From Trichosphaerium sp. ATCC 40318 (taxonomy: Eukaryota > Protista > Tubulinea): 64,000 nucleotides of DNA. The notes under the pieces are model-generated. The model ran no database searches. It was given only the letters and a program-made list of their open reading frames with translations, and had not been told where the DNA came from. The stretch is from positions 310,001 to 374,000 of the forward strand of contig JALMLS010000579.1 in the NCBI GenBank assembly GCA_038496445.1. The letters run 5' to 3'. This document shows positions 29,391 through 40,730 of this stretch, in pieces; the stretch's first letter is position 1, and each line of letters starts with the position of its first letter. The position numbers and the translations under genes are program-made.

Positions 29391-31006
29391 ATGTCGTTAC
29401 GTTTAAAGGCTAAGGATGGCGACAGCCCTGCGAGGCGTCAGCGCTGTTATCTTTGCAAAAAACAGATCAATTCTACTTTTATAAAAGAGTTTAACAGGAT
29501 GTGGCACCAGGAATGTTTACAGCGGTTTAAACATAGAAGGTTCGTTATTTATTTTTGTACTGTACAGATTTTGTAACACGTTAACAATTACACAAGCCCA
29601 CGCGATGGTGATGGTAATACAATAGCCTCTCCCGCTCAAACAGGCTCACTCAGAAGAAATAAAAAACGAGCAGCCAATGAAGGCAGTGACGATGAAGGTT
29701 CCGCTGAAGAAGGATCGCCAGGTAAGGTAGAACATGTTCTTCCAAAACCCCTATCAGAACAGCTAAAAGATCAAAAAGGCGTCTTAAAGTGCGTGTAACG
29801 CGTAACCCAATGACGGGTTATTCTCTACCTTCTATTTGCGTTAACTTGCCCAAAAGGACTCGAAAATCAGAAGCTGCTGATCAACAAGCAATTGTTGTAA
29901 GAAGGAGATCTAGTACTAGAACAAGGACTCTAGGGTTACCAGACGCAACACGGGTAAATAAATCACGCCTACAAATGAGTGAACAGAAATCGAGGCAAAA
30001 CGATCAGAAATCAAGACAAAGTGATCAAAAATCTAGACAAAACGGTAGTGAAGCATTAGTTACTGAATCGTTGCATATCCTGAGAAACGAATTTGCTCGG
30101 TTTGAAACAAAGCTCAAACACGAGCTAGAAAGCGTACAGTCTAGTGGTTACCGTAAAGGACAAAATGAGGTAAACTATAACTTCGGTTGGCATCCCTGAG
30201 CTGATTTTTTTGAACTAACTTGACGTTTAGTTGAAAGGCCAGATATCCAATCTACAACAAAAGATAACACGCCTAAAGTCACAACGTGTAAGTTGTAATG
30301 TTTCTTTTTTTTTTTTTGGTTTCTATGGCGTCATTGCACACGTGATTATTGTATTTTTTTTAATGGCTTTGTAGCAAGTTATGGATGATAAAATAGAGGA
30401 TCTTTCGCGTGTAAATAAAAAGTTAGATACAGAAAGGAAGCATTTATGGTACAAACGAGAAAAAACGAGATTTCTGCGCCAACAGGGAAAAAAAAAAAAC
30501 CCAACAGTTCTTCGTTTTGGTTTATTTTTTTTCGGGTTTTTTGGGTCCATGCATGCAACACGTGCTATTTTTTTTGCGGAATTTCTGTATAGTCTGCTCT
30601 ATTATTGAGACGCGCTTTTTTTTTCTAGTGGTGAGGATGTAGATGAACTAACAATAGAGCAACTTGATCAACTCATAAACTGCCTCAAAAAATCATTACA
30701 AATTTGTCACGCAGCCAAAGACGATAAACTAAAGAAAGAGCTTGACAGAAGACGTAACGAGTACTCATGCAAGGTAACGTCAGCGTAGTATTCATAAATC
30801 TCTAAAGAATATATCAAGGTATGTTGGTCAGAGGAAGCAACCATGATAGTAATTCCTTGTGGACATTTGTGCTTATGCGACGGTTGTGCTGCTAAATTTA
30901 AAGTCGGAACACCTTGCCCTCTTTGTCGCACAGTACGTTCTATAAGATACAGACATCCAACTAATGAATATAGGCAATACAACATGTTATGAAGGTATAC
31001 AAGTAG
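29391..31006 (+). CDS. C-terminal C3HC4 RING E3 ligase with N-terminal LIM-like Zn motif and coiled coil
   Basis: CYLCKKQI...WHQEC; coiled-coil middle; CK/VCWSEEATMIVIPCGHLCLCDGC...CPLCRT/AIQHVMKVYK*. Confidence 0.8.
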
Positions 31007-31459
31007 TGTAGAACACAAAAAGGAACGAAGAGACTTTTCTTTTTTGGTTTGATTCAAAAAAAACCAAACATCTACTTTTGAAACATCCACAAAAACGTGC
31101 TCTCCGAAGTTCTTTTTTATCTTTCCACGTGATGGAAATGATAAATGTAATTATAGAAAAAAAACAAAAACATATCCGTACAGATTGTTTAATTAAAATA
31201 ATAGATAACAAGAGTAGCCACCCCACAGTAAAAAACATCATTTTACCCACTTCTGTTTTCTTTTTTCTTGTCGAAACTTTGTGCCCTTTTCTACGTCTTA
31301 TCATGTTAAAAACATCATCTATTATCTTCTCTGTTATAGAAAGAAACAACTACAGAGCACACAAGTGTTCCTGAGTTGAGCTCTGGATCACTAACTTAGC
31401 ACAACGCCTGACTTAATTCAAACTGTTACGTAAATTTTTCTTTATTAAAATCCAGCGCA

Positions 31460-32545
31460 ATGGACGCTAAATCAATATTGGACTTCCTCAAGAGACCATG
31501 CAACATAGCAGCTATCATCCTAATCACTGTAGCATTGCTAAACTGGTATTGGTACTTTGCTCCTCGTGTGAGCGTAATAACAACTTCAAATGCAAGTAAT
31601 ACGTTTCTATTTACCTAGTTTAACTTTAATCAAGGATCAGAAACCATCTCTCAGCCACGTGGTTGATGAAATACGTGGAGCAAAAGATAACGTATTTCCA
31701 GAGTTTATTACGGTAGCAGAAGAACTAAAAGAAACACTAGACAGCCAAATGTTTCGTGTAGGTGAAGGACATATTTGGCAGGAGGTACTGTTACTTTTTT
31801 GGAAATCATGATTTTTCTCGTCTTACGCGATAAATAGGGTATAGATATAATGCTTAAACGGCTCCTTACTCTAGCAAGTACCCCTGGTATACGTACTATA
31901 TGCGAGACTGGGTTTAACGCTGGATACTCATCGATTATTTGGCTTGAGTATGCGAAAGATGCTAGATTGATTTCTTTCGATTTGGGAATAAAAGACTACT
32001 CTGACACTGCCGTAAATTTTATACAAGAGAAATATGGCGATAGATTCGTATTTGTAAAGGGTACTGAAGAGATTACGAGCTTTTTTTTTGTTTGTTTTTG
32101 TACAACAACACGTGAAATAGTAACAACGACATTACACAGGTGATTCAACACAAACGCTTCCAGCATTTATAAAGAACAATCCCGCTTTGAGATGTGACAT
32201 TTTGCACATCGATGGAGGTAAATCAAATATAAGGAGTCCACGAATTCACTCCACTAAAGTTATGGTCGATGTCACTCATGCCACTTTTTAGGGCACTCTC
32301 AAGAAATAGCAGTTGCTGATACTAACAATATGTACGAATTGGCGAACAAGGACTGGAATGTTATGATAATTGATGATACGAAATGTGGCGCTAGTTGGTG
32401 TAGAGGGCCTGAGGCTGCGTGGAGACTTGGAGTGGAGTATGGTACCATTAAAGAGCTTGATTGTATTGGTGTAAAGGAAGGTAATTGGGCGAACAGGCGT
32501 GGGCATTGTGTAGGCAGTTTTCAAGAAATAAAAAAGGAAGTTTAA
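31460..32545 (+). CDS. membrane-anchored class I SAM-dependent methyltransferase (Methyltransf_24-like)
   Basis: N-terminal TM; ICETGFNAGYSS, LISFDLG, VKG/DSTQTLP, CDILHIDGG/H, MIIDDT. Confidence 0.85.
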
Positions 32546-32629
32546 GGTATACAAAAGCGTCAAGAGCGTGTGTATGGTTTAGAACAAGAATTTGCGTGTA
32601 TTTGCAAGTTGTAAAAAAAAATTAACAAA

Positions 32630-32703
32630 AGGCTTATCTGGGAGTCGAACCCAGGACCTCCCGCTTACTAGGCGGGCGCAATAACCAACTATGCTAACAA
32701 GCC
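32630..32703 (-). tRNA. tRNA-Thr(AGT)
   Basis: Full cloverleaf: acceptor GGCTTGT/ATAAGCC, anticodon arm CCCGC-CTAGTAA-GCGGG, T arm CTGGG-TTCGACT-CCCAG; followed by T-rich terminator. Confidence 0.95.
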
Positions 32704-33705
32704 ATTACTGATGACTGTTAACCTAGTACCAAGTCAACCGATCATTCACAACATAACTAACAAGCCCTGTTGACAATCTTACTACTACTATAGAGTGAAT
32801 ACGAAGTGTATTTGGGCAGAATTTCCATCTTCCGTTGCTATCGCGATCGAATACTCTGCAAACAGCCCACAATACAAGGTGCGTGACAGAGAAATTTGTG
32901 CCATCAATAGCAATGTATGGTCTGAAAGGCATGAGGTTGTAGTATTTACGTTTGGTAAACTCAACACACGGAAATTCTTTTGTATCTGCAAAAACTATTA
33001 ATCGTTTGCGCGGAATTAGGTAAAAAATTGTTGAAAAAGTTTAACTTAAGTTTAGGTTTTTTTTTTACAAACAAAGTTCAAACCGTGTTCGTGGCATGTA
33101 AAATGTTTCTTTTTTTGTTGATTGAGTTACCTTTGAACGTATCTTCCCATAATAATTCGCACAGTTCAACAGCAACGTGGTGAGGTATGCGCCTTATATC
33201 ATGTGCGATTTCGTGGCCTCCGGTTGCGCCTACTGCTTCGGACCACTCTTGAATGGCTTGTGCATCACATTCTCTATTCTTGTCGTATTAATGCCCACAA
33301 TTGATGCAAGCGAGTGTTCCCTTGGTCCATTGGGTGTGAGTGAAAACTTCACACCTGTCCAAACAGCACTTGTTCTTATCATGATTAGTATAACTTGAGA
33401 GAGGAGGAGGAGATGTGATGCTTGAGGTTGGTTCAATATAATGAGTGCACTGGCAAGCTTGATTTGAGTGATGGAGTGAATAGATTGATGTTTAGTGAGT
33501 GAAAAGTATTTCGATTTTCTTCCTTTTTGATTGATTAGGCAAGTAATAAATCATCGCTTCACTGTAGTAGTAAGATTGTCAACAGGGCTTGTTTGTTATG
33601 TTGTGAATGATCGGTCGACTTGGTACTAGGTTAACAGTCATCAGTAATGGCTTGTTAGCATAGTTGGTTATTGCGCCCGCCTAGTAAGCGGGAGGTCCTG
33701 GGTTC
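32647..33705. mobile_element. candidate element with ~142-bp tRNA-derived terminal inverted repeats
   Basis: 32647-32788 is the reverse complement of 33564-33705 (2 mismatches seen). Each arm is tRNA nt 1-57 plus ~85 bp of upstream flank. The IR is certain; mobility is inferred. Confidence 0.5.
32790..33440 (-). pseudogene. spliced gene fragment enclosed by the inverted repeats
   Basis: ...KCCLDRCEVF...CINCGH*YDKNREC...WEDTFK / intron 33130-32986 / DTKEFPCVEF...RPYIAIDGTNFSVTHLVLWAVC...; in-frame TAA at 33288-33290. Confidence 0.4.
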
Positions 33706-33714
33706 TAACAAGCC
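33649..33714 (+). pseudogene. truncated tRNA-Thr(AGT) copy lacking the 3' half of the T arm
   Basis: Identical to the tRNA through GGTTC (33705), then TAACAAGCC, the reverse complement of the tRNA 5' end; B box broken. Confidence 0.85.
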
Positions 33715-33802
33715 ATTTCTGACAACTGGAACTAAAACCAGCTCACTGATTTTTACTAGAGATAAAGAAAATATTTATTTAACTGCATCACCTCGTTTAT
33801 CT

Positions 33803-34568
33803 TTACTCCACTTGCGTGTACATAAGATCACTTCTAATGACGTACTTTCTACTATCTGTAGAGGTTATGGGAGAACCCTCATGAAGTGGGGAAAGCTTTC
33901 CAGTGTGGTGAAAGAACAAGCAAGTGCCCTGTTGTGGTTTGAATGGAAAAGCATCCAATTTTTTCGTTTCTTCATTCCTAAAGCATGTCAGTCATTGTCG
34001 TATACGCCTCCTTACCATTTGTAAAACGTTGTAGTACCGCCTTCGAAGTCGCCATTCAAATAAATGAGAAACGAAAATCTAGAGCGAACGCTAGCGTCTC
34101 GTTTAAAAGAATTGTCAAAATGCGCTTTAAACCGTTGGCCTTGCTCTACTCACAATTACAATCAATAATAAATATTTCGCAGTACCGTATCGATAGAACC
34201 TACATATCCTATTGAATGCACTGTGGCCTTCGCAAAGAGCAAATTTACCCTGCAAGCATTTAGATGCAGAAAATAATCTAACAAGCGTGTACATCGAATA
34301 TTCTACGCGGTAATAACTCTCCAATACGCTTCCATAATCGTTTAGTGTCTTTTATGCTTATTTGTACGACAAGCCTTTTATTACTCCTGTATCTAAGCTC
34401 AGCATTGTCTATACGTGCTGTTTGGTAGAAAGGGACTGTTGCATCGTCGAATCCTTTATCTTCAGCAAACTTAATGTATTCTTCACATTCTGACTTTGAA
34501 AGTACGTTACGTATGTAATAAGCCTCTGGAATACCGTCAACCTCTTGACGAGTAAGTGTGCTTGCCAT
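33803..34568 (-). CDS. 2-oxoglutarate/Fe(II) dioxygenase (prolyl-4-hydroxylase-like)
   Basis: Four exons: NVLSKSECEEYI, RSNKR, CRFYRY/EQGQRFKAHFD, LIYLNGDFEGGTTTF, LHEG, KYVIRSDLMY (HxD...H...K/R motif). Confidence 0.9.
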
Positions 34569-34667
34569 GACGTTGGTGTTGTTAAAGCTGATGCTTCAAA
34601 TTTACAACGTTAAACATTTGATTCTCTGAAAACATCTCTGAATTTCTGCCAAGTTATTTTTATTTAT

Positions 34668-35737
34668 TTACAAGCGATACACAGTGAAATGAACGTTTGT
34701 CTCCCAGAATGTTTCTGATACAATCTGTTTCACTTGTTGCCACATTAGACCATCTAATCCTGCTGCTATCAGTGGTATAGCCAACTAAACATAAGTTAAA
34801 ACAACAATGTTAAGAAAAAAACCAGTACCTTTGTAACATTATTTTCAACACAATGATCTCTCATTGCTTCCAGAGATGATCGTAATCCTGCATATGTAGG
34901 CTTCTGCCAGTACTTTGCTTTAGTTATTAGGTAGTATATGTATACTCCTTCATGCTCTAGGATAGCAACCTGACCTATCTTTGCTTGTTGTGCTTTGAGC
35001 TCGTCTACTTTTCCATATTTTTTTTTGAAAAGAACTGCAATTCCTTTACCCATTGCCAAGTCTACTGAGACGCAATGTGCCAGAGATGAACCAGGAGAGC
35101 ATGTGAATAAATCTCCTACATGCTTAGTATCAGTAGGGCTTATAAAGATGACAACTAACGCCGTACCGTTTCTCTCTTCGAAATGAAAAGCAAAATTTTC
35201 ACTTGGATTACTGAGGCTTTGACGCTCCCCTACAAGTTATTTGTTAAGGTGCCATAGAAAGAATAATAGCGTATTTAGTATACCTGGAAGTTGTGGCAAG
35301 TTGGCTGCGCCTCTGAACTTGTTTATCGTTGAAACAACTGAAAAGTCGAATGCTTTGAATTCGTCTTGAAGAACTTGCTACGAGTGGGTGTAAGAGTGCG
35401 TTCAGGTGGTACATGCATAAATTTGACAGGTAGAAGAAACGAAGAAATGTTTAAACGTTTAATAGTCTAGTTTATGCGCTAAAACGCTCAATAGTAAAAT
35501 ATTGACTAATATAACGTAAACACGCTTATTTTTATCGTTTAAAGCTAGTTTTCGTGTAACCACCCTTGGTACCTTTGTAATAGATGGAAACAACTCCACC
35601 AACTGTGTAATGCCTTGCTCTTTAAGCGTAGGCTGCCCTCGTCTGCCTTTGCCACGACCGCCTCCGCTGCCACCGCGACCTCTCCCTCGGCGTCCACGAC
35701 CTCTAAAACTACGTTTTCCGCCACCTGACTTACTCAT
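34668..35737 (-). CDS. OARD1: TARG1/OARD1-type macrodomain ADP-ribosyl hydrolase with N-terminal RGG tract and CUE-like segment
   Basis: GDLFTC...[55 protein letters not shown]; catalytic Lys and Asp positions present. Confidence 0.9.
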
Positions 35738-36353
35738 TACGCACTTGTCTAGTTTGTGTAAACTGTCAATTCTGTGAAATACGACCAAACTTTCTGCGTT
35801 TTTAACGAGAACTGGTAAAGTGAATGAGATCTGATGTCTGAAGGTTACATTTACCTGTAGTTTTCTGCTTGATTGTTTTGCTGACAGTCTTTTAACAACT
35901 TCCTTTTATCCGATAAGAACAATACTAATCGCAACAGTAATGCAATTGTTCTAATACTTGTTAAAGTATTGGTCACTACAGAAAGGCTGGAAGTGTTTTA
36001 TTGTGTTTAACCGTAATGTCGTACCATGCTATGCCTGTGGAGGGATACTGCAACTCTGTAGTTTATACCTAGAGAAGATGGGTGTTCGAAAACCTGTTAC
36101 CTCGCGATTTTTGATTACAAAGTATTTCGTTATAAAAAGTAACTATGGTGAGCACATATCTTGAACAGTTGAAGGACGTATGTAAAGAAAGTGTATCTAA
36201 CAGCAGGTGTAATAAACCTTAACTGTATGAGGCCTTACTAGTACCAACAAGTCACGTGCAGAACAGAATGCCTGAACCATGTGAAGAAAGTGGGGTGATG
36301 AAGAATAGGAGGATGGATTACGTGTGTTGGTAACACTGTTTATTGTATTTTTG

Positions 36354-39300
36354 TTAAACACCTGTGCCCCGAGTGTGTCTGCTTCTTGATTTTTTCCTTC
36401 TTTTTTGTTTTCTTTCCTTTTGTATGTTTGCTATACAGTACTCAAATATATCTTCAGTAGTTCTTTTACAATCTTTAAGTCCTCTGAATACTTCTCCAAC
36501 ACGAACATCGTTACTATCACAAAATTGCAAAAAGTTTGTTATTTGCTTTAAGGAAGAAAAAAGTAAGAACACACGTGTTGATTTTTTTCGTTGATTTAGT
36601 ACCGTGCATAATCCATCTTTATCTTTGAAAGTGCAATATATTAAATTCATTCTTGCATGTGAAGCGGCTATAATTTGCTCAATAGCTTTCAACTGCTTAT
36701 TACCACCATACCCGCCACAACCCTTTTCTGAGGATAAGAAAGTTCAAATTCTTTTTCTTATGTTTCTTCTCCTCGTACCCAGTTTCCAGTTGCAGTATCT
36801 ATATCTTTGAGTACAGTACTCCCGAGGATCTCTGTATTATTTCCGAACGCTGTATAAGCTGATATTAAGGGGTTAGAAGAAAAGTTGTTTGTTCAACATG
36901 TCTTACCCTTATTTATGTCGCGTTTAATTCTATCCACTCTGAACTCTTCAGAATTATTTCCTTTCTTATACCTTATCGCATCTAAAAGAAGAATGTGGCA
37001 ATCCAAGCAATTCATCTTATCATTGTATAGTGTATCATCAAGAAATTGACCTTCCAATATTCAGTAATTACCAAAAGAGTACAATCTTGCCTTTGAAAGT
37101 GAAGCTCTGTCCAAAACCATCATAGTGACTGAACCGCTCTGCACCGCTAATTACAATGGCCTAATAGCTATAAGTCAGAAGTGATGTGAGCGAATACAAA
37201 GGTAATACCTCATTTGGGTTTAAAGACTCACAAAGGAGGATGACCTACAAAAAAAATCACTAAGAACGGCTGAACAAATTGTGATCATCGTACAATGTAA
37301 CATTCTGGTTTAATGGCATAGGTGATTTCTTGTTGTGCGCATATCCCTGTAGGATCTAAAGAACACCCGCCAATTTCGCTATTACAAAACATTGATTGAA
37401 ACAAAGCTCTCGAATCTTCAATCTTTACATCATCTACTGCCTCAACTAAAATAGCTATAAGCGGCGTTTTGTACACAGGTGATTAAGTGAGGTACCGTGG
37501 CTTATTAGAAAACTAGAATCTGCCCATCGTATTTTAGTTTGAGTCACTTTTCTTTGGATTTTGATTTCACCTGCCAGTGAAACATTGTTGGCTTTCTTCA
37601 GTGCTCTATTTATTGTTAAATGTTTCCAATATCATACAGAACTTACAGCTCACGAAAATACTCAATTATGCAAAATAGTACTTGCTAATAGAGTGTTAAT
37701 GATACGAGGATGTACTAGTAATCTATGTACCTCCTTTGCAGAGCCTGGTTTTGCTGTGTACAACATTGAAAACGACCTCAGAAAAATTTAGTTTTGTGCT
37801 TTACTGTGCTTACTTTTTTACCATTGCTTTTTCCCTGGCTTACTTCTTACTGTACATAAAAAACAATGTGATAAAAGACAAGCTACCTAGAGAGATATTA
37901 GTATAGCAAGAAAAAGAAAGGAGGCAACAGAACACAAAATAAAAAGAAGGTAAAAAATCAAACCTGATCTCGGGTGTAAGAATAATCTGCGTTAACACCT
38001 TTACATAGCCTAGGTAGCTTTGATTCCTTGAATAAATTAGGAAGATCCAACGCTGATGAAAGTATAAAAGGCATAACAGTAGTGTAAAAATCTTTAAAGT
38101 GTTCACTCTTTGCCTTTTGCTGATTTCTAAAAAAGTTTGATTAGTCAACACTTTGTTATTTTTAGAATATCACGTGCGCAAAAAACTGAGGTTTGATTTC
38201 AGGATTGATTTTCTTGAACAGGTTTTGTAGGTCCTTGAGGTCTCTCACTCCTTTTCTAAGCCATCCTGATATCTTTGTCCAATATTCTTGGTTACAATGT
38301 GGTAGATAACAATAGTCTCTACTATCAATCTTTGGTTCTTTTTTCTTTTCAGGATTTCTACGCCTTTGTTTCATTACATGTAATCCCCATTTAACCTCAC
38401 GACTCCAAGAGACAACACCATATTCTATACGTTGGCTGATAATTTTCATGCTCTCTTCAACTAAACAAAAAAAACTGTTTTGAGTTTCTGCAAGGTCCAG
38501 CTGTCAAGTAACTTACTTGTATTAGAAAGCATAAAGCTTTGATCTCCTGAAAGAAACAAACGTAATTCCTTCGTTCTGTTGAGCGGTTCCTCCTTCAAAC
38601 AAAGTTGTTAAACAACGTTCTAAAACCTTTTTTTTGATAAATTAAGAGACAAAAACTAGAGTAGAACATACGGGGTGGTCTATTAGAGCTACTGCAAAGT
38701 TTGAAATCATACTAGCTTGATTTCTTAGCACACCATAGGCATCTAACTCGTGGTGTTAACAGAAACATTTAAGCAAAACGCTTTTCGTCGGACCTTGACA
38801 AAGAGATATAAATTGCTTCCATCTGTCGCTACTCAGCCTTTGTTTCATTTCTACATTCCAAACTTAGTTTTTTCGTGGTTTTTGTTAATAAATACCTGGA
38901 TGTATCGCAAGACATGGCGCATCAATAAATACAATTGATTTATTGAACGTATAGCCAAAATCAATATGGAACAAAGTGTAGTAGTCATCAGCTCCCTAGT
39001 AGCTCCAACCGTTAGTTTGCTTTAAATCCATACTGTAGTTATGTACGTGTATTAGTATATTGTCTTGGTGTCTATCTCTTATACCTAATAAGTATACTGC
39101 AATATAAGATCCCGCTGCGGAAGCTAAGAAATGAGTCATTTCCTTTTCATTCATTGAATCTAATTTATCCCAATTAAAATCGCTCAGAGGTTCACAGTTT
39201 TCTATAAACTCTACTATTCCAGTCGACTTACTATTATGAGAGTAAATAATATCAAAGCTGAAATATTTTAACGCACGTGTAAGGTAAAACCTTGTATAAC

Positions 39301-40515
39301 TTAATGAAAGGTTTTATTTTAAGTGATGAAGTTGCCCATAGTCGATTAAACACATGCATTAATGTAATAATAGCCAAATCGTTACGTAAGTCATCCCCTA
39401 CGTTTACGTCATATGAGAAAGTTGACTTAAATATAAACGTACCTATTTTGAAGATACCTAAAGACTTTTCTTCATGTGTCGATGAGCTAAAAATTATTGT
39501 TATTGTTTTCTCAGTTTTTTCTTCGAGCTGTACCTGAACTCTATTAGCTTTGGTTTACTTCCGCTTGTGAAAATCTTTTTAATAAGCATTCTGTCAGCAG
39601 TATGACCTACGTAGAGTAGTGAGCAAAGTCAAATAATTAAGATCTTGCAAGAACCTGCTAATGTCATTATTGGATTGTCTAGTTGGATAACCTTTCCTGC
39701 TTTGCCTTTTTTTAATGAGGATTCAACAGTTTTTTCTGCGTTTATGAGCGTATCGGATGTAACCCAACTTATAGATTCATTAAAGAACGCAAACCGTGAC
39801 TTAGCAAGCCTAAGAAAAAAATGAGAGTGAACCCTTATTGAAACAATAATACCAAAACGCTAAACTTCCAAGTGTTTTACTTGCGCTTATGCGATCCAAA
39901 AGTGCAAAGGTATCGTCACGTGGATAAATGTCACCAGATCTCTCCATCATGCGAGCAATAAGCGGTAAGAACCAGTACATTTGATTGTCTGTCATCAGCT
40001 ACATAAACAAATAACATTAATCTTTGCAAAAACAAGTCTTAAAGAACTCATTTAGGAATGTAACAAAATTATCCTTTCTAGCTGTGATAGCAACGCTTGG
40101 TAAATACCTTAAAGTCGCAAGGGCGAAAGGTGCATCCGTACTGATTTAAAGTGTGCCAAATGTCAATATCTTTTAACGGTTCGTGGCACGTGTTTTCAGG
40201 ACCTCTTGGGAACCCTGCTACGATTACGCCAGATGCAAGCCTTTTTAGAGCCTTTTGACGTTATGAATACGTTCGATAAGTGTTGTTTACTTACTTGTGA
40301 AGCCTCTAGGCGCAGTTCCTTGTTTTTTGAGTTTAACAAGTATAAAAGCGTTTGTATGGCTCTTGGAGCTTCTATATCACGTGTTTGATTTGTTCGTTCG
40401 CGTTCCTCTGTATCTGACACTTGTAGGGTTTCAAACTGGCTTGAAGAATCATCATCTATACGGACAGTTATTCTATTAAGCTACTAGGGAGGGTTAGCTC
40501 ACCAGACTTTTCCAT
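36354..40515 (-). CDS. PI3K-family kinase (helical + catalytic domain) fused to C-terminal PARG domain
   Basis: Kinase: FKI/GDDLRND, GIVEFI, LLGIRDRHQDNILI, LFHIDFGY. PARG: ALDLPNLF, Q/VACLLSHCFLCT, FCIIEYF, IED...FCNSEIGGC...AQQEITYAIKPEC, GAERFSHYDGFG, LLDAIRY, RDINK/AYTAF, ATGNW/GCGGYGG...LKAIEQIIAA. Confidence 0.85.
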
Positions 40516-40730
40516 ACGGCTCTGAATAGCTTAAATCCTTAAGTTTTTGGAATTGTTTTTTTTAAGGCCTTGTGGTTTAACTGAAGGAAAAAAGGGCAAT
40601 CTCATTTTTAGAGCTTAGAGGGAGAAGACTAAATTGATATCAAACAGGTTTTGACGCGTGATGTCACGATAATCGTCATGTACTTAGATACAATAAAACA
40701 CTTAACTACAACTCGTAACTCGCACTAGGG

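Noticed and set aside
33288-33290. Stop-codon reassignment suggested by in-frame TAA here and at 47692
   Set aside because: TAA, TAG and TGA all end well-conserved genes in the window, and these stops are never needed as sense codons in conserved exons.
36079-36098. B-box-like GTTCGAAAACC
   Set aside because: No cloverleaf or A box around it.
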